Below are positions 13,451 to 26,945 of a DNA stretch of 64,000 nt, piece after piece. Source of the stretch: Macrostomum lignano (lineage: Eukaryota); contig NIVC01000232.1 in NCBI GenBank assembly GCA_002269645.1, positions 62,001-126,000 of the forward strand. The letters run 5' to 3'. The notes beneath the pieces were generated by a model. It saw only the letters and a list, made by a program, of their open reading frames with translations, was not told the origin of the DNA and did no database searches. Position 1 is the stretch's first letter. Each line of letters begins with the position of its first letter. A program made the translations under genes and the position numbers.

Positions 13451-15139
13451 TGAAAAGTAGGTGTAAGCACTGGAAAAGTGCTTATAGAGCGCAGCAGAAA
13501 AACGGCGACCTCTGCTTGTCATGACCACAGGGTTGCCCTGCCAAGCCAGGCCGGTCTCAAGGCCCAGGAAACAATGGCAAAGCTGAGTTTTGAGGGCCGG
13601 GCCGACAGCCTGCGAGCGCGTGGCACAGACGGCTCGCAGCAAATGCCTTGGGGGTGTTGATGGTTGCCTAGCAACCACACTGAGAGAAACTGCGTGAGCG
13701 CTAACCCTGCCCCACTCAAACTTTTTCAACTGCTCTGCATTGTGTCTATGCGGTCTCGTTGAATTTAAAACGCACGACCCTTGTACGGCTATTTCTCAGA
13801 TGTAAGACTCGCACTCATAATAAGGCCTTTGGAGGCCAGAGTTTGAAAGTCTTTCTGTCATGTGAGCAGAAGATAGCAGGAAAATCAAACCTGGTATAGG
13901 GGGGGGGGGAGCAGGGCTGAAATAATGGGACAGGAGATGAAATAAGGGGGACAGGTGCTTAAGAACAGATGTAGATGCAAAAAACTGCATCAGTAGACTC
14001 CTAATTAAACTTGCATTTCAAGTATAGCATCAAATTTTGTTTTATTTTTCTAGTAGCCACGTTGAAAGGATTGCTAAGATGGCCCGCTGGCTCTTAACAA
14101 CTGTGCGATAAAATGCAATGCAACAGACTCTTGATACAACGTCTAGAAAAGAAACGGTGCAGACTACAGACAATAGCCTTCAGTCTGAGAAATCGGCACA
14201 CATATTTTAACTATTTCAGCTTTGAGCCCATACCGACAACCCGAGCCTAAGTAACGAATCTCAAAGAGAGGTGCAGTTGAGTTAAAACGTTTTTATTCTA
14301 AACGTTGAATAGGAAAACTGTTAGAGTAGCATACTTCTATTCTTTAAGCATAAAACGAGATTTTCTGAAGCTAAGATGGCACGTTGCAGTGTAGAACGTT
14401 GCCGAAATGTGCTCATATCAGTCGTCTCGAGCTTCATTTTTTTTTGGGGGGGTGGGGCTCGTGTCCCGCGCTTGTCTGTCTCTGTCTTTCTATAGTGGCT
14501 CCCTTTTCTGATTTCAGCTGTGCTTTTTTACCTTGTATGAATGTCTCGCAAGTCTGCAATAGTTTCTGATTATAAGAAAGCTAAAGCAGGTAAATGAAAC
14601 AGGTTTGAAATAACTGAATAGAAAATAGGGATTGCAATCCCGGGATTTTGGGTCCCGAATCCCGGGATTATTTTTTGTTATTATTTTTACAAAAAGTGTT
14701 GTAATATGAACATAATTGGGCCCACAGCAAGTTTAATATACTGCGCTAATTTCCGTTAAAGTTCCTCACGTCACGTGGCGCCTTTTTAAACCCCGCATCT
14801 CAGATTTAAATGTGAAATTTATTCCAATGTAAATTTTGATATATGATTAGCTTCTTTATTACTAACAAGCTGTTGAAACCCGCGGATTTTGATCCCGGGG
14901 AATTCCAATACCCGGAACTACTTTTGCATGTATTCTGAAATCTAAGGCCATACACAAACAAAAACTTATTAGTTAGTAGGATAGAGGTAGACATAAAATG
15001 GAGCACATTCGTGTAAAATTAGGGTTTGAGACATTGTTGGCTGGGGTACTGCGCAGAATGTCAGGCAATGTCTGTCTGACTCTAAAACATATATTGCTAA
15101 ACTCTGGTCTCTCACTGACTCTCCCTACGTCCCTTGGAT

Positions 15140-15573
15140 CCTTTAAAATTTCTATCGTCTCTTTGTTTCCTCTCATCTCTCTCGTCCCTCGTCTCTCCTC
15201 TCTCCTCTCTCCCCTCTCCCCTCTTCTCTCGTATCTTCCCTCATCTCTCTTCTCTTTCATCTCTCTTATCTCATCTCTTGTCTCTTCTTTCTCTCCCCTC
15301 TCCTCTCTCCTCTCTACTTTTTCGTTTTCTCTCTCCTCTCTCCTCTCTCCCCTCTCCTCTCTCCTCTCACCCCCTCTTCTCTCTGATCTTCCTTCTCCTT
15401 TCTATTCTTTTCTCTCTTCTCTTAACTCTCTCCTCTAATCTCTCATCTCTCCCCTCTTCTCTCGTCTCTTCCCTCACCTCTTTTCTGTCTCGTCTTTGCT
15501 CTCTCATCTTTCCTTTCTCTTCTTTTATCTTTTCTCTCTTATCTCTTCTCATTTCTCTCTGCTCTCCCTTCTC

Positions 15574-15605
<32 letters not shown>

Positions 15606-15626
15606 CTGTCTCTCTCTCTTATCTCT

Positions 15627-15679
<53 letters not shown>

Positions 15680-16153
15680 GTTTTTCTCTCTTATCACTCC
15701 TCCTCTCTCTACTCTCTCCCCTCTCCATTCTCCTCTTTCCTCTCCTCTCTCCTCACTCACTTCTCTACCTTTGTCTCTCCTCTCTCCTCTCCTCTCTCCT
15801 ATCTTCTTTCGTATCTTCCCTCATCTCTCTTCTCTTTCATATCTCTTATCTCATCTCTTCCCTTTTCTTTTCTCTCTCCTCTCCTCTCTCCTCTCTACTT
15901 TTTCGTTTTCTCTCTTCTCTTCTCTCTCCTCTCTCCCCTCTTCTCTCGTCTCTTCTCTCACCTCTTTCCTCTCTCTCTTTCCTCTCATTTCTTTTCTTGT
16001 TTTATCTCTTCTCTCTCCCCTCGTCGCTCGTCTCTTCCCTCATCTCTCTTCTCTCTTGTCTGCGTTTTTATCTCTCCTTTCTCTTCTTTTATCTTTTCTC
16101 TCTTATCTCTTCTCGTTTCTCTCTGCTCTGCGCTTTCTCTCTCTCTCTGTCTC

Positions 16154-16214
<61 letters not shown>

Positions 16215-16625
16215 TCTCCTCTCCCATCTCTCTTCTCCTCTCTACTCTCTCCCTTCTTCATTCTCCTATTTCCTCTTCTGTCTCCCTGTCTCTCCTCTCT
16301 CCTCTAGTCTCTGTAATCTCTTCTCTCTTATCTCTCCTCTGTTCTCTCTACTCTCCCATCTCTCGTCTGTTCACCCTCATCTCTGCTCTCTCATCTGTCA
16401 TCTTTACTCTCTAATACGTTCTCTCACTTAGCTCCTCTGTACTCTTCTCTTTCACCTCTTCTGACTCCTCTCTTTCCTTACTCCTCTTTTCTTTTCTCTT
16501 CCCTCTTCTATACTCTCTCTCCTCTATTATCTTCTCTCGTCTCTCTGCACTCTCCTCTCACCTTTTTCATCTCTCATCTTTACTCTCTCATCTCTCCTTT
16601 CATTTGTCTCATCTCTACAATCTCA
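15140..16625. repeat. CT-rich low-complexity / (TC)n tract with internal re-duplicated blocks
   Basis: Almost pure pyrimidine + strand; source of the L/S/P-rich spurious ORFs. Confidence 0.93.
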
Positions 16626-17507
16626 TCTCTCCTCTGCGGTCTGATCTCTGTCCCGCTCCTGTCGTTGCTGAGTCTGGACAGTCGTTTCATTGCGTCGTGC
16701 CTCTGCGGTCTGATCTCTGTCCCGCTCCTGTCGTTGCTGAGTCTGAACAGTCGTTTCATTGCGTCGTGCCTCTGCGGTCTGATCTCTGTCCCGTTCCTGT
16801 CGTTGCTGAGTCTGAACAGTCGTTTCATTGCGTCGTGCCTCTGCGGTCTGATCTCTGTCCCGTTCCTGTCGTTGCTGAGTCTGAACAGTCGTTTCATTGC
16901 GTCGTGCCTCTGCGGTCTGATCTCTGTCCCGTTCCCGTCGTTGCTGAGTCTGGACAGTCGTTTCATTGCGTCGTGCCTCTGCAGTCTGATCTCTGTCCCG
17001 TTCCTGTCGTTGCTGAGTCTGGACAGTCGTTTCATTGCGTCGTGCCTCTGCGGTCTGATCTCTGTCCCGTTCCCGTCGTTGCTGAGTCTGGACAGTCGTT
17101 TCATTGCGTCGTGCCTCTGCGGTCTGATCTCTGTCCCGTTCCTGTCGTTGCTGAGTCTGAACAGTTGTTTCATTGCGTCGTGCCTCGGCTGTTTGCTGTC
17201 TTTTTTGTTCACGTCGTCTTTCTTCCCAATTTGCAGCCCTGAGAGGAACATGTGTACTTCCAGTTCCATCGGAAGTGCTGGCGCCGGCTGCTGATGTCGA
17301 TGATCTTGTCGGTGGTCGAAGGCTTCTTTTCTGGGCTTGTTCTCCTAAGGCACTTGCACTCGATCTGGCCTGGGCAGAGCTACCTGTGTTGTCTGCTTCC
17401 TCTGTGCTATGTGATGTTCCTGCTTCAGCCGCATTGCTTTGCCTTGTAGATCTCCATCGTCTAGCTGCAGCAGTGAAACGACCCAATGCGCTTTTCTTTG
17501 GGGGCAT
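16623..17507 (-). pseudogene. Truncated ORF (294 aa) with eight 23-aa STPR-like repeats (69-bp units), probable Helitron N-terminus
   Basis: The repeat ETTVQTQQRQERDRDQTAEARRN has the STPR length and the E1-T2-R9-N23 pattern. The ORF terminates where it runs into the GA/CT tract. Confidence 0.6.
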
Positions 17508-18023
17508 TAGAATTTTAAAGTGCCTTTAAATAGGACTTAGTGTTACAAATTCTATTTTGTGTGACTAATTCAGGAATCAGGATTGCATCGTATCGCTTTT
17601 TGTACCACAGACAACTATGCTAGTCTTATCGATTGCCATCTTCCTCATCCAAGAAAGAAAGAAAGGCAGGCGGGCGGAGGTTGGGGTGGCTGTCTCGCTG
17701 AAAAAAACAGCCAAACTTTAAAAGTGCACAGCGCCGTTCAGGATTAACTTTGAGACTCGAAATTTTACACGATTGTGTCAAAATAGTTGAAAATCAATTG
17801 TGTCAAATTTGAAGAGGATCGGTAGAAGTGGAGCGGCGCTATGGAGGATTAAGTGAAAAAATCGCGCATTTTGAGCAGTTTTTTGTACTTTTAGGTAGGA
17901 AGACTCAAATTTAGGAAATTTTAAGGTAGCCTAAGACATTCTCCGTAGTAAGTTTAGGGTGGGTGTAAAGTTTGGTGTAATTTGGTTGAGCGGTTTGGGA
18001 GTCCATAGCGAAGTAATTTGTCC

Positions 18024-18060
<37 letters not shown>

Positions 18061-18083
18061 GTTTTGATTTTTATATGTAGAGA
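16623..18083 (-). mobile_element. 5-prime fragment of a Helitron-like element
   Basis: Minus strand starts A|TCTCTACATATAAAAAT, followed by a (CTGT)n tract and AAACCGCTCAACCAAATT..AAACTTT, a layout typical of invertebrate Helitron 5-prime ends. It leads to an MPPKK-starting ORF with 23-aa repeats. No Rep/helicase sequence and no hairpin-CTRR 3-prime end were found. Confidence 0.6.
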
Positions 18084-19599
18084 TTAAGTACTTTTATACT
18101 ACTTACTTAAATACGCCACAATGTTGTTTTTTATCTACAAAAGGATCTTTATCTCTATAACAATCAAAAATGGAAGCAAAAGTACGTTTAGCGCACATTT
18201 TGCCTTAAAATTTCAACCCAGAAGCTTAAAAATCTGTATTTTTCTGATCCCGGGATTGAATCCCGGGATTGGCCAAATTCCAGGATTAAACCTCGGGATC
18301 CCGGGATCGCAAAAAAACGGGATTTCGCAATCCCTAATTAAAAATGCATGCAGTTAGCGCTACATAAAAGAAACGGCCCTCCTTAAGCCTTAGGGGCATT
18401 AAATTTTTTTTTAAAAACGTTGACATCGATTTGTTTGCCTTCGATTTTGCAGGCTCAATCAATAAAATTTGGCCTCGAATTTTCCGTAGTCTATGGTAAA
18501 TTCTGGGGCTTACGCCACTTGACACCTACATGTACAGCAGCATAACAAATGTGTATATTTTTAGCACGTAAGTTTACAGATCGAGAGTATTCGATAACGG
18601 TGCGGAATATTCTCATATTGTACAACATCCAAATGGCAGCAGTTTTACACCTTGAAACAGTTAAAGAACTGTTTATTCCCGGTTCAAAAGAAACTCAATA
18701 TTTTTGTGAATTAACAAATCTCGTACGAGACGTGTTTCAGTTTTAACATATAGCTCCTCAGTTGAGAGACCATATTTCATACGACAAACTTATCATAGAT
18801 ATTTAATGTTAGACCCACCCACTTGCCTGCACTAAAACAGCCACGCAGACCATGCGTGCCCTCTCTGTGTTAATATATCTAACTAGCTAACGACGAGTAC
18901 GCAAAAAAGCAGATAGATGGGTGGGGCGGAAAAATATCACGCCACCACCCCAACACTGCCCCCGAGCACAATGCCGAGCGTTATAAATACAAAATGCAAC
19001 TGAAAGAGCCCAGGCTCTCCACTGTCAAGTTTAGTAGAGTTTGAGCTCAAACCTAAGAAAGGACTTGTCTCAGTTCTTCGAAGCTTCTGTCTGTCGTGGC
19101 AGAGGGGTAGCAGGCGTGTAAGGTAGTTGGCGTGAGAGGCCTTCAGAGACTACCGATAAACGACCTGTTACATTGTTGTTTCACAGTAGTACAATATGCT
19201 TATGATTATTCTAAATCTTATCTTACAAATTAAAACTTCAACATTGAACACTTCGCTACCGCAACAATAAAGAAAAAAGTAACAATAAAAGTGAAGCACC
19301 ATCTCCCTGTTGCTTGCACACACGCAGTTGAGTGTCGCCGTTAGTTATTAAATTAGAGACACTTGGCCGGTCTGTGTGTACTGTCGGTGTATTAAAATTA
19401 ATTGAGAGAAAAAAGGACAACAAGGAAAGCGAAAGACAGCTCGGCAAACCCCTGCAGGAGAAGGCGGATAGCGAAGCTTGTGGATTGACGCAGAAAGTGC
19501 ATGGAATCTGATTTAAATCTCCGACAGGTTGGGAATGTAAAATAAAAAGTTTGGTCTTTTTAAAACCCCAGCGCAGATTTACAAGCTTTTTGGTCGCAT

Positions 19600-20829
19600 T
19601 TATTCTTGACTATCGTCATAGTTGGGCACGTGAGCTGTCCCGGTAGTGGCACGAACTCCGCTCAACATCTCCTGACGGTAGAACTCGTACAGTTCGTCGA
19701 TCAGGTCCTTAGTGACGATGTGCAGTTTGCGAGCCTCCAAGTCGCGGAGCTCCTTGCGCACTTCCACTTTCGGTGCGTCAACTTCTACCACCTTGCAGTC
19801 GTCACTGCCGGCAGTCTTGTGGAAATGGTTGATTCGCTCCGAAGTTTTGCTCCGGACTTCGAACAGCTCGGGCAGCATCAAGGCGGTCTGCTCGGCGCCT
19901 CGGCTCACGATGAGGTACTTGTAGTCCGGGAAGAGGCTCTCCACGATCGTGTCCTCGTCCGTGTCCCGGTGGAACAGGACGCACTCGCCAGAGCGGACGC
20001 TGGAAACGAAGTCGCGGACGCCTAAATTGACGGTGGCGTTGGACTCGAGCACTCGACGGAACTGCAGCCAGACTACGTGATCCGCTTCAACCTGCAGCGA
20101 AGGCGCGCTGGCAGATAGGGCGATGCAATCTGCGGCAGCCTGACTGTACAGCTGTCGCAGAGCTCGCTGAGCCTCCGGCATGCGGCTCAGGATGGTTGAG
20201 CATCGCTGCAGAGCCTCGACAGGCGAAGCTTCGTTGGCCTCCTCGATAGCCTCGCGGCGATCGCCAAGTCCGATGGACGACTGGTCGGTGGAAGCGCCGC
20301 TGGGCTCGATTTTTTCCGTCAGCAGGAGGTTCAGAAAGTTCGACGCGCCGCCGGCGCTGTTCACCAGACGTCGGAGGCTGTCAGCGAACCGACGACGGGC
20401 GAGCTGCTCCGACTTGGACTCCAGCGGAGACAAAGCAAGCGGCTGTTGCTGGTCAACTTCAGTGCGCGTGGAAGACTCCATGCTGGCTGGGCTTGCTGAG
20501 CTGTTCTCTGATTGTTTGCTAGCTGCGTTTGCTGCTTTGCTGGGCCAATTTCTTGTTGCAACTCGGGATGCTTTTGCTCTGCTCGAGCCGTTGGTGCCTT
20601 CCTCTGTACGGTCTTTCGCTCTCGCCTGAGGCGTTGCTTTCGACCAGAGACTGTGATTGATTAGGGGCTGGCTTGACCATAGACTGCTGGTGAAGGCTTC
20701 GCTGTTGCCTTCATTTACTGCTTTCGGTGCAGACTGTTGCTGCCGCGCAGACGATGCACTTTCTACGTGATTGGTAAAGCATAACTGACTGCTGAGTATG
20801 GGACCAATAGGAAAGTACTTATCTGTCAT
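19600..20829 (-). CDS. Intronless hypothetical protein, 409 aa; S/A/Q-rich N-terminal half and globular-looking C-terminal half
   Basis: 1230-nt non-repetitive ORF, GC-rich relative to its AT-rich flanks. AATAAA overlaps the stop codon. No family recognised, and the true start is uncertain. Confidence 0.65.
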   Translation of the reverse strand: MTDKYFPIGPILSSQLCFTNHVESASSARQQQSAPKAVNEGNSEAFTSSLWSSQPLINHSLWSKATPQARAKDRTEEGTNGSSRAKASRVATRNWPSKAANAASKQSENSSASPASMESSTRTEVDQQQPLALSPLESKSEQLARRRFADSLRRLVNSAGGASNFLNLLLTEKIEPSGASTDQSSIGLGDRREAIEEANEASPVEALQRCSTILSRMPEAQRALRQLYSQAAADCIALSASAPSLQVEADHVVWLQFRRVLESNATVNLGVRDFVSSVRSGECVLFHRDTDEDTIVESLFPDYKYLIVSRGAEQTALMLPELFEVRSKTSERINHFHKTAGSDDCKVVEVDAPKVEVRKELRDLEARKLHIVTKDLIDELYEFYRQEMLSGVRATTGTAHVPNYDDSQE

Positions 20830-21254
20830 TCAGAGAAAATTTACTACACTAGCACGTGACGATTCACTTTGTCTCTGCTGGGTTTGATTAGGAGAGATTT
20901 AAAACTTACTTCTGCTCGATGCTTTTGATATTTGAGACCACTTTGTATGTGCGGCTTCTTACTGATAGAAATCGCACGGTTTTTTCAAAAAGGTTAGAGG
21001 TGTACATCAAAGATGTGCAGCTGTATCCGATTCAGTGGGCGTGCAATGTACACAGCATCTATTGACAAAAGCATAGTCACTGAAATGATGTACAAAGATG
21101 ACGTAATGAATGTGCAAAACAATCACTCCGGCCGCAGTAAATCTTGTTGATCGGCTGACTGTTTTTTTATGTTTTGGGTTGTCAATTACTCTACTATAAG
21201 TAGCAATGACTGAATCTGAAATTTTTCACTCCTTAGTTCCTATACATCTGTTTA

Positions 21255-21560
<306 letters not shown>

Positions 21561-22265
21561 ATTTTATGATGAAATTCCGGTAAATTAGCTCGCTTAATCA
21601 AAATTAAATACGCGAAAGAAACAATCAACATTGTACTATATATACAACTGATCAGTTTTTTTTATCTTATTTCAGTTTACTTTATTTTTTGCACATCGTC
21701 CACTATGGACATCGTCGGGACTATGGTTCAATTTATCTATTAAAATCAATTCAATTTCAAAGAAGGTACCCAGAATGAATTTTAATGGCTGAATTCCTGG
21801 GCTTTAGAATTTTGTTCCCCTGTTTAAGCCATGTTTATAAAGTCTGTTATATTTTGGTTCAACTCAATTTCTTCTTGTGAATTTTCCTTTCACAGTTGTA
21901 TTCGTCTGATGTCAGGACAACTTTATGAGTAGCTTGTATGGGATGCGTCCCTGCCACTGCTATCTAGGGCAAAGAACTTCAAAACAGCCCAAGACAGCCT
22001 GGGATGTCTCTCTCAGTCTCTCTGATGCGTACGAGGTGTACGAAATAAAAAACTCGGACAGCGAAAAATCCCATAGTAGCTAAGGAGGCATGGACTGTCC
22101 CGACTCAATTCTAATTTGCTGCTAGATAATTCATGTAGCTGGTTATTCGCAAGAAGTTTTGCAGGTTTTGTGAGTCAGTGTGACGAGAAACTCAAAGCCA
22201 ACTATAGCAGTAATAAACTATAGTATGCATGCAATAATCCTCGTTGGGGAGGGTCACTTGTGCCA

Positions 22266-22445
22266 TGAGTCACTTGTGCCTCTGCTCTCACCGATCACCA
22301 ACCATGAGTCCTTGTGCACCTCACCGATCACCAACCATAGTCACTTGTGCACCTCACCGATCACCAACCATGAGTCACTTGTGCACCTCACCGATCACCA
22401 ACCATTATTCACTTGTGCCTCTCACCGATCACCAACCATGAGTCT
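22266..22445. repeat. 34-bp tandem repeat, about 5 copies (GAGTCACTTGTGCACCTCACCGATCACCAACCAT)
   Basis: Directly visible tandem copies. Confidence 0.9.
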
Positions 22446-23145
22446 TTGTAAATTGGACACGAAAGAAGCATCATGTGTACAGGAGTTTCAGAGGGTGTGT
22501 GTCATGGGTGCATGCAGGTAATTATAATTTAAAACTTATTTAAGTATTTATGAGCACCAATTGTTTGTAAAAACAAAACTACGTTTTGAATTGCGTCACG
22601 ACTGATATCAATATTTTGCAGAAAAGGAAATATATAATACTTGGACTTTGTTTTAATTGAAAAACCTATGGAATCGAATTTTTACCAAAAGAGTGAAACA
22701 GAATTCGTTTTCTTTTTATCAAAATGCTAATTGAAGCGTTTGTGAATGCGCTGAGCATTTTTAAGGAAAGATTAATTAAAAAACTTTTAAAATTTTTTTT
22801 TAAATTTGAAGACATCCCAGAAATAAATTTCTCATTCTTCGAAAAATAGTACGCTCGTGTATTGAGTTTTGAGGAATTTTTCAAGAAATTGTCTGCCTCT
22901 GAATAACCAGCAAGCATTATATTTGTTTATAACTTTAAGTTTCTTGACGTGAATTAAGCATACGTGTCTTGAGGAGTTAAGTGAGCGTTTGCTTTTGAAG
23001 AACCCGGTACCTTTGAAACTGCTCATTTCAGGACATTATTTTACCGATATCGCACCATCGGCATGTAGATCCTCGTCACTTTATCTCCTCACAACACAGG
23101 TCCAAAACTTTTTGCAAACTTGCATCGAACTACCATCACCTTGTG

Positions 23146-23430
23146 ATGTCAAACCGAAGCTCGCTGATGCAGCTCGGGCTTCTCGCGCTGCTCCTTTGTT
23201 CAACTGCCATTGTGCAAGCCGAATCTGAAATCGGTAGGTTTGCAATCACGTGCGTTAATATGCCGATCTGATAGGCCTTAGAGTGCTCTCTTATAAGAGA
23301 GATTTCCACTTGAAATCGCTGATTTCCACTTGCAGATGATGACGACGTTGAAGATCCGTTGAGCAGAGCTGGCGACGACTCAACGGAGGAACCTCTTATG
23401 CCGAGTTCAACCTTTCATGAAGCCCGATAG
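23146..23430 (+). CDS. Putative small secreted acidic peptide (60 aa), exons 23146-23233 and 23336-23430
   Basis: MSNRSSLMQLGLLALLLCSTAIVQA looks like a signal peptide. A GTAGGT..CACTTGCAG intron (phase 1) joins it to DDDDVEDPLSRAGDDSTEEPLMPSSTFHEAR-stop. Confidence 0.45.
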
Positions 23431-24339
23431 CACATCAGTAGGGGCTGTTTTAGTCGGCACACACAATGAAAATTACCCATAAAGTTTTCCAGCTTTACTT
23501 AACTTGAAATTCATACGGACAGCATTGGTTTTCGACAAGTTTTACCGAAAATATGTATGAGATATACATGTGACAGATACTACTAAAATTTAGTCACATT
23601 TTAAGGCTAATTATTGCATAGTAAGTGAAACTACGATGTACTTAATTTGAGGCTGGGTTTTGTTCCTATGATTTGTAGAATTGTTTTGTTAAGTTTTGCT
23701 TTTTTTGTTTTTTTCTTCTTAGACTTTGTTAAAATGGTAGACCAGAAAAATATAGTCACATTTTTTTTCAAAACAGAAAAAGGTTTTAGGCAAGTGTGAA
23801 AGGTGGTAAAAAGAACTGTAATGTCACTGTTTAGAGCCATCTCCGAATAATAGTTGTCATTATTCTATCAGAACAAATTTACGCCTCACATATAAAGCCT
23901 TTCTAAGGAGTCTATTGGCTCAAAACTACTTCAAGTAGAGTAAGTTGTATAATTAGTTAGTTATATAATTTTTCCTAAAAACATGTTTTTTTGCAAGCGT
24001 CAAGCAGACTTTTCGACTTGAAATGCATTGTAAGAATGCTAGAGAAAAAAACTGAGGTTATTGAACCCGGTTCGCAACTGACTGGTTAGGGATAATATTC
24101 CCATCCGCTCCGATGCAACCCTGTCGCCTCAACCTGAAGAGACGTGCTTAACCGAAGCCAATCTACCTGACTCTGGCGAGGACCTCGCTGACATCGAGCA
24201 GCGCGATGCAATTCCCTCGTTGAGATCCTGATCGATCGAGAACACCGCCACACGCGCTAACGCTCCTGAAATTGAATTATAGAAAGAAAATGCTCTTTCT
24301 CATGGTGCAGTTATGAGCTCATTCGCATGAAGAAAAACA

Positions 24340-24720
24340 CCCGCCGGCTGTAACGCCTTGCGAACGGCTCGAACGCCCTAGAGGACTCGGAGAACTGGGC
24401 GTACAAAAGTAGCATCCGAAGGGCTAAGAAGACCATCTGGAAGGCCTACTGCACAAACCTTGAGGGGCAGCACCCCACGACTAGGCTGGTCAGGTCCCTC
24501 AGGCACGACACGCTCTCTCGGTTCTGCATCCGGATGGTAACTACACTGCCAGCGCCGAAGACTCGCTAAATCTACTATTCTCCAGCTGTTTTCCGCAGGT
24601 AGATGACCCAGAGTACGTGGTCGAAGACCACAGACCCAGCGATCGCCCACTTTTTCAGCAGTGCGCCCAAGGACCACTAGAAGTCACCGTTACCGTTGCT
24701 CAGCACCTGCTTCAGGCGAA
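24340..24720 (+). mobile_element. Degenerate non-LTR retrotransposon ORF2 fragment (endonuclease-RT linker, R1/LOA-like)
   Basis: [17 protein letters not shown] followed, after a frameshift near 24520, by [24 protein letters not shown]. Both are typical linker motifs of R1/LOA/I-group elements. Truncated at the (TCTA)n tract. Confidence 0.7.
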
Positions 24721-24757
24721 CATCAGGAATTTCAATATTCATTTTTATGAAATGAAA

Positions 24758-25166
<409 letters not shown>

Positions 25167-25847
25167 ACGCATTCATGCATATTCTGTCACAACTACCAGA
25201 TCTATCCTCACTGCACTCCTGTTCTGACTGACCAGTCCGATATAGCAGTTGTATTTTGTCTCTCCCCTATCCAACTCTTCAAAGCCAACTTCCTAGCAAT
25301 TCAGTGTTTCCCATGGCAGGCCGCAGCAGTGAGCTGGCGGGCAAGTCAAGTGTCATGAGAAGTCAGGGCGCAGGGTGGCCAGGCGACCCCACCTCCCGCA
25401 GCCACCCTCAGCCGTGCAGTGGGAATAAAGCCCATTCCGTCAGTACTTCAGCCCCCAGCTATGCACAAACTATCAAATTGCTAAGCTAGATGCAGACCCT
25501 CATGCCCCATGAAGTTTATATCCTTCGTAAAACTTTTTCGCGCAGTGGGAAAATAGTAATAATCATAATATGGTCCAACTTCTCCCCTATACCCGCTCCC
25601 CTCTCTCTCTGAGTCTCTGCTATTGTTCGCAAGCGTACGCGAGGCAAGGGGGGTTTCTTCAAATTTAATTTCAGCTGGCTTCAATAAGCGCTCAGTAAGG
25701 CGCATTGGATCGCATGGAAAGGGATGCAGTATTGGAGTCTGGCGTTATTTTTGTATTCGAATTGTTCAAATCAGTCTGACATTGTGTTGAGTAGCCGCGA
25801 AAATGAGAAAATTAATTGGCACTAAATTGATTTGGATGAAGACAATA

Positions 25848-26945
25848 TGGCGCTTAAATAGAGATCTAAATGGCGCTTAAATAGAGATCTAAATGGCGCT
25901 AAAATAGAGATCTAAATAGCGCTTGAATATAGATCTAAATGGCGCTAAAATAGAGATCTAAATGGCGCTTAAATAGAGATCTAAATAGCGCTAAAATAGA
26001 GATCTAAATGGCGCTAAAATAGAGATCTAAATAGCACTTGAATATAGATCTAAATGGCGCTAAAATAGAGATCTAAATAGCGCTAAAATAGAGATCTAAA
26101 TGGCGCTAAAATACAGATCTAAATAGCGCTAAAATACAGATCTAAATAGCGCCAAAATACAGATCTAAATGGCGCTAAAATAGAGATCTAAATAGCGCTA
26201 AAATACAGATCTAAATAGCGCCAAAATACTGATCTAAATGGCGCTAAAATACAGATCTAAATAGCGCCAAAATAGAGATCTAAATGGCGCTAAAATAGAG
26301 ATCTAAATGGCGCTAAAATAGAGATCTAAATGGCGCTAAAATGCAGATCTAAATGGCGCTTAAATATAAACCTAAATGGCGATAAATACAGATCTAAATG
26401 GCGACAAAATAGAGATCTAAATGGCGCTAAAATAGAGATCTAAATGGCGCTAAAATAGAGATCTAAATGGCGCTTAAATACAGATCTAAATAGCGCCAAA
26501 ATAGAGATCTAAATGGCGCTAAAATAGAGATCTAAATGGCGCTTAAATAGAGATCTAGATGGCGCTAAAATGCAGATCTAAATGGCGCTAAAATAGAGAT
26601 CTAAATAGCGCTAAAATAGCGATCTAAATGGCGCCAAAATACAGATCTAAATGGCGACAAAATAGAGATCTAAATAGCGCTAAAATAGAGATCTAAATGG
26701 CGCTTAAATAGAGATCTAAATGGCGCTAAAATAGAGATCTAAATGGTGCTAAAATATAGATCTAAATGGCGCTAAAATATACATTTAAATGGTGCTAAAA
26801 AGAGATCATAATAACGCTAAAATAGAGATCTAAATAGCGGTAAAATTGAGATCTAAATGGCGCTTAAAGCATAAAATACGAAGCTTAATCGCGCCAAAAT
26901 ATGAAGCTTAATAGCGCCAAAATATGAAGCTAAAAGGCGCCAAAA
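25848..26945. repeat. 23-bp minisatellite AAATGGCGCTAAAATAGAGATCT
   Basis: More than 40 tandem copies, degrading at the right end. Confidence 0.95.

Larger units (their letters stand above)
14626..18336. mobile_element. Non-autonomous hAT-like element with nested insertions
   Basis: Left end TAGGGATTGCAATCCCG; right end reads TAGGGATTGCGAAATCCCG on the minus strand. Both ends carry several ATCCCGGGAT-type palindromic subterminal repeats. Flanks ATAGAAAA and ATTAAAAA match 6/8 as a decayed 8-bp TSD. Confidence 0.65.

Noticed and set aside
14900-15140. Helitron 3-prime end (hairpin plus CTRR) for the element starting at 18083
   Set aside because: No GC-rich hairpin next to a CTRR was found; the element appears truncated.
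19620-19900. BRCT-like ending (LHIVTKDLIDELY) in the 409-aa ORF
   Set aside because: It lacks the conserved Trp and the Gly-Gly motif; the resemblance is too weak to call.
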